Shown one piece after another: positions 11,474-22,600 of a DNA stretch of 64,000 nucleotides. Made by a program: the position numbers and the translations under genes. Origin of the DNA: Eutreptiella sp. 'Long Island Sound 2002'. Lineage: Eukaryota > Protista > Euglenida. A model generated the notes under the pieces. It was not told the DNA's origin. It saw only the letters and a list, made by a program, of their open reading frames with translations, and searched no databases. The DNA lies in NCBI GenBank assembly GCA_964036045.1, contig OZ038378.1, positions 2,480,001 through 2,544,000 on the forward strand, given 5' to 3'. Each line of letters begins with the position of its first letter. The first letter of the stretch is position 1.

Positions 11474-12771
11474 ATGCTTGCCCGGGCCGCTGGGCCTTGA
11501 CAACCTGCCACCGACGTCACCTCCTTGTCCCCTGCCCGCATGAGTGTCCGGGACACCCAAGCCCGTCTGGCCACACCAGGCGATGAGGTCATCGTCCCTG
11601 CCGACGCCCGCCATTTGGCGTGTTTGGCAGCCATCAATGACGCCGATTACATCATCTAGGACGAAGTGGTGCCCAAGAGTGGAGTTACAAAGGCTGCCTC
11701 CCTGTCGTTCGACCTCTTCAAGGACTGCGACTCGTCCGAAAAACTAGCTGCCGTCCTTTACAGCAGTCACCCAAACGTTGTGCTCGTTGGGGAAATGACT
11801 GAGTATGAAAAAATTCAAAATGCAATTAAGAGGCTGCTTACCGATTTGCCCATGCTGGGCCGCTTTGTTGCCATCCTGTTTGAACCTGTCAGCGATGATG
11901 ATGACAAGCCATCGTTTCTCAATCGGGCACTCGCCCTCAATTCCAACTTGCCATTCGGGTGCGACAAGCTGCAAATGGCAGACAGGTCTCTCATGCACAT
12001 ACGCACACATGGTCGATTTGACGTCTGGATTGCCAGCAGTACAAGGAACTCCAGGAACCTGTCGCCGCCCCCAACCTACAAGCTCCTGCGACTTATGACA
12101 CCTGGGGCACAGGTTGACACAGTGGTGTTCCGTGAGCCAGATGTGCGGGACAATCAGTACGCCATCCAGGTCCACAGTGACCTGATCAATGGTCTGTTGG
12201 GGTCTATCGGCCTGAACTCTGGTGAAGTCCATCTCCTTTCGGGAACAGACCCACGGAACTCAAAGTTGTTTTTCGCAGAGTTGAGTGAGGAACAAGTGAA
12301 TACCGTGGTTTCACAATTCGTCCAATCATCAGCGTTCCTATCGTCACCCTTGTCCCACCTACCCACCATCCTCCCCCTCTTGGACCCGCTGCCACAACAT
12401 TGGGGCCACGCCACGGCACGCACCGCTTCACCAACAACGGGCGTGGCACCACCATCACATCCCGGAGGGCCTACCACCTCCTGACAACAAGTGCACGTGG
12501 TGCAAGGGGATGTCAATGTAGGGTTCTGCACGGTCTGACGCCCCCAAACGAGACAATGGCGAGCTGCACAATCCCATGCCGGTTCGACGGCACACCTGCA
12601 ACAGAGCTGCCAATGATGCGGTGTGTTGTCCACCATCCTTGTCCACTATCTGACTTGTGCGAGCCCTACCTTCATCTGTGCCACAGCCTCCATGCGGCCA
12701 CTTCTTCTTCTACTTCTGCTTGTCCTCATGCGGTCCTTCTCATCTTTGATGGTGGTTGCTCCCATGAATAA
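11474..12771 (+). pseudogene. SL-headed decayed ORF (probable retrocopy; possibly a LINE ORF1)
   Basis: ATG 11474 is in frame with ORF 11666-12484, interrupted by TGA 11498 and TAG 11657. A frameshift near 12385 would continue it into frame 12400-12771. No intron is evident. Confidence 0.6.
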
Positions 12772-15425
12772 GATGGCACATCTTCATTTTCCTCCTCTTC
12801 TTCTTCTTCTTTTGCGGGCCGCGCCTATTTGTACTTGGGCCTCCGACTAGGCCCCTATGCATTGGGGGCTAGGTCCCCTCTCCATTGCTGGTCGTCTCGG
12901 TCACGATCAGTGTCAACGGGTTCTCTAGGCCGCAATCGCCCATCAAACAGACCTAGATGCTACTCCGACCTTGTAGTTGAGCAATAGTGCAATTGCGCAT
13001 GCTTTGTCTCAAATTGCACTCCTCCAATGTGAGGGGCTTGGCCGATGAGCACTCTACAATCCTCACCACTCCTCCTTGCCACAGTTGCAACCATTGATGC
13101 ACGCAATAACAAGCTGTACACATTGCCCACGGACTTCGACTTCGACACCACCGACGCACACCACAAGACCACGGCACCATGCAAGATGCGCGCACTGCAC
13201 TAAGAGCACCCCAGAACAAATTGTTGCGCCAAGGGTTGTCGGGTGTTCATGATTTGCTCAAAGCCATTTTGTCATGGGCGGTGCCCAAAATCTGGCCGGC
13301 GATTAGGCCATAAATGGCATTCATGTTGACAAAGTGAGACGTCTAACTAGTAGAACAACCCAGTGTCACTTGGGGGGGGCCATGAGGCAACGGAAACTGG
13401 GCTCGCATACGCCCCCGTGTCACAGGCGCATGGTCATAACCACATTGTTCAGTGTGTTTCTTGCTGCAGTGCAGCGCAGACCAGTTCTGTACCACACCAG
13501 GTGGTTGCTGACTGTACTTCGGCTTTGGTCCTTTGGACACTGAGGTCAGCTCGCACCCACCACCCTCCCACAGTGCCGGTTAGTCTCTAACCCTTGCCCT
13601 GCAGGTCGTGTCCTCGTCAAGCACTTGCTTTCTGGCACGTGAGGACGTGTCGTACCCGAACCTCGGGGGCGCAATGGCGCCTTTGGTGGCGCAAAGGCGT
13701 CTCAACATTTCAACAAAAGCTCCGGCTGCTGGTCACCTCAACAGTTCACTGCTGTACTGTGTGTGGCGCTTACCTTTTCAGCACCACACCGTGCGTGCAC
13801 AAGCCGCCCACATTTTCATGTCCACTCGCATTCAACGCCCTCTCATGGGCCGCATTCTCGCGGCCCTTGCCATGCTTCGGCTTTCCAACACGTAACGACG
13901 TGTCGCGCCTGTGCTCCAGGGGTGCAGTGGCGCCCTGTTATTTCAACATTACTGCTCTGTGCTGCCTTGGCGTCCCACACACCCTGGTCAGCTCGCACCC
14001 ACCACCCTTGGGGGGGGGGGGGGATTCTTGCTGCACACGCCGTGCACTACTTTTACGCCCAGTTTACCTAGAATGGGTCGCCATCTACCCCCTCACAAAA
14101 TGCCCCCGACGAAGAGCAAACCCTTGGTGCAAGACTTGCATAAACATCTCTATGTCTTGCCCTATCCGGCACCTCCCAAGGTGAAAATACATAACATGGC
14201 CCCTTTCGAGCAACCACCACCCTACTTTGGGATCTGGCTACCAAATTGTTGATCTTTCCTCCCGTTGTCGAAATAGCAAAGGGAAACGATGCGCGCGTCG
14301 TTGCACGGCGTGCGCACAACACAGGCACAACGCAGGCAAAGCACGCATATGCCGGGGACAAATTTGGGGTTTTGCTACTATTGGCAATACCATTGCCTAT
14401 ATGGACCATACTACACCCCCACAATTTTGGACAGCCTCATGTTTCACCCCACCCGTGGCCCCCGATCCTCCTAGGTCCCCAAATGATGCCACCCTTCCAC
14501 TTCTTCCGTGCCTTATTTTGTCACAACCTTTGTGTTTCTTCCTCATCGCAAGCTTGGGGAAACCCACCCCCTTCCATGTCCTTTTGGAATGTGGATACCT
14601 TTGCCCACTTTCAAAATCTGTCCAACAACTAAGGGCGCTCTTGGCCGGAGTGGGGGATAGTTTGGCTTCTCTTCGTTCCAAAAATTCAAATGCGCCGTTC
14701 GGACTTCTTGCTGGTAAACCTCCCGTTGACAAGGCCCACATTCAGAACAGGGCTCATTGTTATTGGTACCAGGCACTGCTATGGGGCTTGGGTTTGGTCC
14801 CACACAAAATTTGTGCACATATCGCGCGCGGCGCGCAAAACGCCCCCTACAACTCTTCCAGCCTAGCCACTAGTTAATCTATTGCTACTCGGTTGGGCTA
14901 GACGGCTAAATCTCCGCGCCGTGTGCACCGTGTTAGGTGGTCCCCAATTATTGTTAGGAGGAGACTGCAAAAATAAATGGACACTCAAAAACTTCTGAAA
15001 AATTCAAAAACACTCACCAAATTTTGAAATCAACTAGGGGATGAGATACTATGTTGTTCCCACACCTGTGCTGATTGGGTGATGGCTCTAAAAGCTTATG
15101 ACCGTTGCGTTCTACTCTTGCAATTCTTACCACAAGTAGCAAACACACTACGTGACACCACATAGCTTTGTGCTTTAGCACTTGATGGGATCGACAATCC
15201 TCAAGGTTAAGTGTTTCTTTTGGTCTTGCTTTGTTGTTGTGAACCTTGCAAAAGGTGGTGGGTAGATTGGAGTTTGGCGTGTTCATGGTGCTTCTTGGGG
15301 TGCAGTACGCGCACAGGTAGAGTGATAAAGCCGAAAACCAGGGGCACCCCAAAAGATGCACTTTTTTGGGAAAACGTGCGCACAACAAGGCTTGTGACTT
15401 GTGGAACAGAAATATGCAGCCATTG

Positions 15426-16246
15426 AAAATTTTAGGGCACTAGGGGGCGTTGTCGCACGGTGCGTGCACGGTGCGCGCACGGTTCAATGTTTTTGGGATG
15501 GTTGCCCAACTTGTACCCCGTTGAATGGCCCCCATAGAAACACACCCAGGGTCCTGATTTCTGCACCTTGCAGTCCATACTGGCATACCAGGATTCTTCA
15601 ATTTTTAGTCTGATGCTTGTCACAGGTTCCAGGGTCCTATTTTCTGCACCCTGCAGCCCCTATTAGCGTACCGGGAATTATTTTTTTTTTAATCTGATGC
15701 TTGTCACAGGTTCCAGGCTCCCAATTTCTGCACCTTGCACGCACCTCCGTAACAAACCATGCACAGGCGACAACACAAGCGACAACACTGGTTGGGTTAC
15801 GGGAATTTCAATTTCATCCGCCACAGCATTCTGGCTCATGATCATCAATTCTAGGGGCTTCAGCTTCCACTTCAGGTAATTGGGGCTCCAGCAAAGCGTC
15901 CATCGGCGCCTCATGGTGCATAGGTTGGGGGGGATCGGGGCTCTCAGCAGTCACAATTGCAAACTCCAACCGCTCCTCGGGTGCATGCTCGTACAAGACC
16001 TCTTCACCACCCAATTCGTACCGAATAGAGACGCGACTCCCACCTCTTGGAGAAGGGTCAACGACAGTGGCCGAAACCCTATCCCCGTTGGAGCGGTGGT
16101 AGTACACAAGCAGTCCGGCGACAAGCTAGGGCAGCTCAGATTCAGGCATTGTGGATCTGGTGGACACAGAATACGCAAAAGGACGCACGGTGCGCGCACG
16201 GTGCGCGCACGGTTCAGGCAACACCCCCCTAGTGCCGTAAAATTTT
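15426..16246. mobile_element. ~820-bp TIR element (non-autonomous DNA transposon) carrying a Tudor/SH3-like ORF remnant
   Basis: Left arm AAAATTTTAGGGCACTAGGGGGCGTTGTC (15426-15454) is the near-perfect reverse complement of 16217-16246. GCACGGTGCGCGCACGGTTCA blocks lie inside both ends, and there is an internal 24-bp duplication (15610/15693). Confidence 0.6.
15814..16149 (-). pseudogene. Tudor/SH3-barrel-like domain ORF with one in-frame stop
   Basis: MPESELP*LVAGLLVYYHRSNGDRVSATVVDPSPRGGSRVSIRYELGGEEVLYEHAPEERLEF has a G-x-x-V-x-x-x-RS-x-G...A-x-V...V-x-I-x-Y beta-strand pattern like kinesin-13-type Tudor domains. It is preceded by a pyrimidine tract and CAG. Confidence 0.4.
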
Positions 16247-16790
16247 GAACCTTCAACCGCATTTCCACGTGCCGATCACTTCAAGTTTAGTTTTAAAAAA
16301 ACACACACAATTTGAGTGGTATTGCAACCAATTTTTGCGGGTTCTAGACCTTCTTCAGAATTGCTACGAAGCCCCTTTTACCGGATGAGGGAAGTGCATT
16401 GAAAACTTCTAACAAACGAAAAGCATGCTCAAGAGGTAGTTTCTGATCAGCCAGTCGATGTTTCAATAAACAATTCATTACAACTGGGAAATCTAGAAGA
16501 AATACACCACGAACAACCTCCCAAATAAATGAATTTTGCATGAACTCAAAGTGATCAATGACCGCGTGTCGGACTGCTGCTCACATAAACGTTTGCGGCG
16601 CTGGTTTTGTAGATATTGTGGCACCAAACTGACCGCGTTGTGCCGGCCCACCTTCGATTTGAGTTTTCTAAGGAAGCAAGTGGTAAGAGAAAAGTGTCAT
16701 GTGGAATCGGGGGAATGGAAGTGTGGGGTCAGTTTGTCAGTGCCCCTAATGGAACTGCCTGCTGATTAAGAGGTAAGGTGCATAATCTCA

Positions 16791-16866
16791 TTGTTTATGG
16801 CGCCAGCACCGTAAAAGGTCACAGCCCCACCGCAGTCAAATTTTACGGCACTGGCACCATAAACAA
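16791..16866. repeat. Short hairpin (mini-MITE) with 26-bp arms
   Basis: TTGTTTATGGCGCCAGCACCGTAAAA vs reverse complement of TTTTACGGCACTGGCACCATAAACAA, 23/26 identical. A related arm occurs at ~17285. Confidence 0.75.
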
Positions 16867-19800
16867 CAGATAGCCAACCTCAACAAGACAAAGATAATGT
16901 CCCCCCAGTGCAATAAAACGACATCGTGATAATACACCTGAAAAATAGGATGTTGGGGGAAACTGTGCCAAGAACAAGACCAAGAACAGAGACCACCCAA
17001 GAAGGAAGCAATTTGATTTCTTACAACTCGGTGCAAAACACACTTAGTAAACAATGAATGTCTTCTAGCTAGGCTGCCTTCTTTGCATAGAGCCAGCAAC
17101 AACTGGCGCTTGCACAACAATAATGTACGTCGCTCACGGCGTTGTTCCCATCACTTGTAACAGGGGCTCACAAACAAAACAAGCAGGCATTCAAATATAC
17201 AACACCCAAACCTGCAAATATGCAACTCCAAGATTTCTTTTGGGAGATGCTGCTTACCAGCTGTACACCGTTGCTTCCTCACATTTTGCGGCGCCAGCGC
17301 CGTAAAAGTTTAGGGCGGTGGCACTGTAAATTCATGTGGCCGCCCATTTCCAACCACCTGGTTTCATGTACTTTACCCTCAGTCGTGTGGCAGACACCAG
17401 CGCCCACCAGCTAACCCTTCTCCTAACCCTAACCATACGCATTGGCCCCTTTGTTGGCTGTCCATCCATTGGGTTTGGCGTGACGAGGGCGGACTCAAAA
17501 AACTGCGAATGTGGGGGGGGGGGGGGTTGTTTTGCAGACGGCTGTGTGCACCAGAGGGACGGTTAATCCTGACAGATTGGCCTATACGACAAAAGCTGGC
17601 CCTTTGATTCTTTGTATTGAAACTTGAGCAATGGTGGCGCTGTGATGGGGCAAGATGACGGCACCTGAAACACATGGTACAATGTTTGGTGGAATGTACA
17701 CATGGGAGGTACCCTCACCCACCCCTTGTCCACTCCCCCCCCGACGCATGACGTGGGGAACGGTTGCCAAGTAGCGGTTCCCCCCCAGGGGGGAGGGGGG
17801 GGGGGGGGCACTGTCACCCTAAGCAAGCACTGGACTGCACACAAAACGAATGGAAACAATGGCTTTTTATTGGTTCAAACCACAATGAGCTGGCTCGGTC
17901 GGCATATTGTACGATGCTCAAGAAAGCTTTTCAGAATCGAACTTCAGGGTTGTCCAATTCCACGATGGCCGCACAAGGAACTGTGGTAGCAAGTGTGACA
18001 CGTGGTGAGGATTAGCTGGACCTGAGACCTTGTGACGCACCCGAACAATGGACTTTCGCCAAGGTTCTGCTGAACTGGTCAACTTCACTTTGAATTCTTG
18101 AACGCGAGTACCCAATAACCCTTGCCAGAGCAGGCTCCTTTGTTGAACGGATGAAAATCACAGCTGTTCCATGTGGGAACAAGGTTGTGCTATCCAACTC
18201 CATGAGTAAATGTGCAACTGAAAATGTCCTGTCACAATATGTACAGTGGGTGGACAAAGCGGCACTGGGGCAACACAGAGCACCTGTAAATTGCAGCAGG
18301 CAATTTTTTGGTGGTTGACAAAGTGACAGTTCCCCCCCACCCCGGGGACAAGGGGGGGGTGAGGGTAGGGAGCCTGCTAGTGTGAGCACCGCAACAGTGC
18401 CCTATACTACCAGAGGGGTTGTTGATCTGAAACAGGGGCCACGGGTCATATTGAGACCCCACCAGCATTCCTGCATGCCTTACCTTACCACCACAAGGGC
18501 ATGTAGTTTCATGCAACACTCCCCCTATGCAGGGCAAATTTTGTTCCACTGTACGGGCCACTGTACAGGGTGGACCGTTTCTGGTAAAAAAAGAATCCTC
18601 AGCCCCTCAGCCCTTGGCATCCGAAATCAAAGATGACATGTATTGGACACAATTACAAACATAAAACAAGTACTGGGTGCCATAAATATTTGCATCCAGG
18701 CGCTTAACTGCTTGGTAATGTCCCCAGAGGCACAAAGTGCAGCGCAATAAAAGGGCTCATTGTGGGATACGGTTATTGATTCCTCATTTCGCCCCATACA
18801 GTGGCCCGAACAGTGGGTTCTCAGCACCATAACACAGATGTGCACTTGCATTCACTGCACATCTGCAAGCTTTCGTCCCAAATGCCAAACTTTGTACATA
18901 TTGGGGTCACGGTGGTAACCGTTTTGGGGCTGCCATGCTGATATGGCACGCAGATTGGATACGTTTTGGCACTGGTGAATGAGGGTCTGGAAGGAGGGGA
19001 GAATCCACAGGGCCATGAAGGGAAGCTGGTAAATACACATGTTGTAACTACAAGCACCTTTTAAATCAGGTTAGACATGTCTGGCTGGCAGACAAAAATT
19101 GTAAACTGAGCTGGGAAGACTGACCTTGTTGTTGAACACAAGGGGGAATGTTTGCCCGGCACGCGCCCGGCACGCTACCTTTGTATTAGCCCCAGGTTTA
19201 TCCTCACCTCAGGAAGTCTCCCAAGTAGACCGCACTAGACCGCAAACCTTCCATGCAAAGCACGTTGCATTAGCCAAAATATGAGAATTCAACAACACAA
19301 AATGTCACTCCGCCCACTTCCAACCACCACCCTTGCCATCATCATAAACTGGGTGCAAAGGATGGGCCAGATTCTTAGACACGGCGAGAAGGTACTCCAG
19401 ATTGTTTGGTGAGGGGGGGCAAAAACAGGCACAGGTGGGGAATCGTCAAAAAAAGATGCCCGGTGTGCGCGCCGGGCCCAAAAGCAGTCCACGAAGAGAT
19501 TCAGGAACCAGTTCGGAGGCGCATAACTGCGGCACATTGTGTTTTTTCATCTGGCACCCTCCAGGGTACCCTTAGTGAGGGTTGGGAGACCAGAGCTCCC
19601 CACCCAGAACAAAGCACAGCGCCAGGCAGCCAGCAATGGCCACCGGCCAGTCACAAGGGGGAGAAGGAGAGGGAATAGGCCAGGGGGTGGGTGGTGCATT
19701 CAGAAGCAGCAGCAGCAAAATCAACAGGTTCCTGCAGTACAGTGCAGTCCAGAAGCCAACCCTTGTTGAACGCCACCATTCACCAGGGCTTCTGGTTCGC

Positions 19801-21703
19801 AGATTGTCAGATCCATGTTCCATGCTCATGTCTTTTCACTTGATCAGGCCAGTCCAGCCAAACACAGAACCTCAACATTGGATGTTCTGGTTGACTCATC
19901 ATTGCCATGGCAATATGCTATTGCAAAAGGGCAGCCGCACCGCCAACGTTTAGCTCTTCGAAGGTCCTCTGGGCGTGAAAGATAATTCTTGGGGAAACTC
20001 GGGGGTAGCCCAAATAATGGGTGCTTTCCCCAAATAGGCAGACCACCGCTGTTGGAAACAGATTGTACCCTGGGTCAACGGGGGAGCGGGGTGACTGCAT
20101 GATGCGCACGTGGTGCGCAACAAGGATTTTTTTGTTTTTTATTTTTTGTTCCGTCCGAAACCATCGACAGGTGTTGGAGATTGTTCGGCACTTCAGACAC
20201 ATGGTCTGAGACAGTACATTACGGTCCCCTGGTACCTACCCACCATCCTCGCAGAGAGGAGGCATAAGGCTGTGGGTTAGCTCGGCGATGTGTCGTGTGC
20301 CCTCCCCAAGGGCCACTCCTGCCTTCTGGCTGGAAAGGAGGTCTGTGTGTCGCAGAAGAGCGCAGCAAGGATTGTAATACTTTGAGTGCTGTCACCACCT
20401 TTGTCCACACATGACACCTCATGCTTTCGTTTCACAACTGCACAGTGTTAGACTCCAGCAGCAAATTGTGCCATCTGCTGGTTTGCCCCTCCAAAATGCA
20501 GCAACTGCCTCACACCCTCGAAACTTCGCCTCCTGAGTGCCAGCACTCGCTTTGTACGCGTGCACCCAGCACGCATGACGCATAGCTGCGTGCACCTAGG
20601 AGGCGCACGCACTCCCTGACGCCTGGCAGTGTACGCCAGGACTCACCAGTGCGCAACACAGGACCCAGGCACCCCTAGAGGCCATAGGCAGGTCACAATG
20701 GAGACAATGACGAATGCAGAGCTCATGAGCTGAGAATGTGTGCCAAACCTTTTTCGTATTTGGCCCCGTGCACCAACTTGTGCTGATTCTTGCATAATCT
20801 CAGTACACGGTGTACACAAGGCCATGGGCGGGTTGCTACTACAGGGGGCGATCCCATGCTGCTGCTGGATGATGGCAACCTCCCCACCCCAGTGGGGTTG
20901 ACCGACGAGTAACCAACGGTATGTGGATGGCAGGATGGCCAATGATGAAGGCCCGCTGGCAACCCAGCCCCCAAAATGGGTGCGGTTGTGCTTTTTCATC
21001 GCCCGGCCCATGGGGAGGGGTCAGAAAAGGGCGCGGGTGTCCAAAAAAAATTGTTCTGCCAGTAAAAGAGCTGATTTTTCAACACTGGATGAGGCCACAG
21101 TCGCCAAGTTTGTCTGGGGCTGAGGCTTGTCCACAGCCGCCCTCTGTGCAAATGTCAGTGGCACAGCCGCCCTCTGCAAAGCATAGGGTGCAGCGTTGAT
21201 GATATGGTGTTGACATTGGACACAGCATGCTAACGGCATCTTTTCGTACTATTGTTGCCCTCACTTGGCACGCCATACGAATGTATGGAGAGGACATGCA
21301 GTTGGAACAAATGAGATGTTGCGCCGTTTGGCAATCTTAAATAGCACCGCAACCAGAAAGCCGGTGTTGGGTCCACTATGCTTGGAGCTTCTCAGGGCCT
21401 TCTGGAGGGTGGGCCGGAGGTATCTTTATGGTGCTTCTCAGCTTTGGGAAGTTGAGAGCGACCCCTCTTTGACAGCTTGAAGCATGCGGCAGAATGTTGC
21501 AGCAGGGTTGAGCCAGCGAAAGTGTCTGGCGGGGGGGAGGGGGGCGAGTTGGTGTATGCTGGCGACAGTGAGTGCCCATCCCGAATGTCTGCAGATGTAC
21601 TTTCAGGCAGTTGATCAGAGGTTGGCAGTAGTGAGGGAGACCACCACCACCACATCCTCATACCACCACCACAACCTCCTACGTCTCCAAACAAACAGCC
21701 CGC

Positions 21704-22600
21704 TTACCAACGCCAGCTCCCCACATACGGAGGTGGAGTGACACGGCCCTCGGCGATGTCCCCCTCACTGCCCTGTGCCAGGGACGCCATCGATGAAATC
21801 CCATCTTCGCTGGCGGTCTCACTGCACGTCCCGTTCTGCAACGCTGAGGCCCACTCATAAGAGTCTGGTGGCGCATCCGCCGGCATAAAGGAGAACACAA
21901 CGGAAAGCAGCTCAGTAGGCAGCCAAGGGGGCGCGCGTGCTCCGTCCTCTGCGCCGCAGTGTCTCAGCGCCGCCAGGAGCACGGCGCGCACCAGCCCCTG
22001 GAACCGGGCCGGAAAGGCGGAATGCTGCGCAGAGGTCCATGCGGGTGCCACAACGTAGAGGGGCACCGGGAAAGGCTTCAGACAGGGGCTGTGGTACGTG
22101 AAAGCGCGGCAGTGGATGCACTGCTCTGGGTTGGGGTCGTTCCCGATCATACTGACCCTCCCGCAGCGGCTGCACAGAAAGTGGAACCATGTGATACACC
22201 CGTGGTCCTCGCGCTGGACTGGCAGCCAACTGGTGATGGCTGTCCCGCAGGCTGGGCACCAGGGCGGCGGGGGCTCCGGCATGTCCTGCCCCACCTTCCC
22301 CGCAAACCCGCAGCTGGGGCACTGCAGGTGCGTCCAGGTGGGGACGCTGCGGTTCACCAGCGTCCAAGAGAGGGCGTTTGGGCCCGCAGAGGGGGTCACG
22401 TTCCATGAGGATGACAGGCGTGTCTTGCCTGTGTCAAGGCACTCCAACCGATACCACGTCGGCTTCGTGGCAAAGGCCTCCATCCAATGTGGAAGCGGGC
22501 ACCCAAAGGGGCAGCGGGGCCCCACGTGGTCGTCCTCCGGTCCACACTGCGGCAGATAGAGGCCTCCGCGATGCGGTACGGCCTGTGCACCCAGAGCCAT
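21704..22600 (-). CDS. Multi-CxxC zinc-ribbon protein with a C-terminal W-x4-H-x2-FP...LP-x-EL F-box-like motif; the 3' end may be spliced
   Basis: GC-rich open frame from ATG 22600. CPSC, CPAC, CSRC and CIHC pairs; WTSAQHSAFPARFQGLVRAVLL...WLPTELLSVVFSF. A possible donor TG|GTAAGC lies just before the stop. Confidence 0.65.
   Translation of the reverse strand: MALGAQAVPHRGGLYLPQCGPEDDHVGPRCPFGCPLPHWMEAFATKPTWYRLECLDTGKTRLSSSWNVTPSAGPNALSWTLVNRSVPTWTHLQCPSCGFAGKVGQDMPEPPPPWCPACGTAITSWLPVQREDHGCITWFHFLCSRCGRVSMIGNDPNPEQCIHCRAFTYHSPCLKPFPVPLYVVAPAWTSAQHSAFPARFQGLVRAVLLAALRHCGAEDGARAPPWLPTELLSVVFSFMPADAPPDSYEWASALQNGTCSETASEDGISSMASLAQGSEGDIAEGRVTPPPYVGSWRW

Noticed and set aside
14968-14993. 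SL-like sequence on the minus strand (about 21/26 identity)
   Set aside because: It lies in an A-rich repeat end, no ATG or ORF follows, and the match is mostly to the low-complexity T-run.
17400-17430. Interstitial telomere
   Set aside because: Only about two CCCTAA units, too short to call.
21704-22600. Fanzor/TnpB-like nuclease, suggested by the CxxC pairs
   Set aside because: No RuvC D/E/D motifs and no flanking transposon ends.
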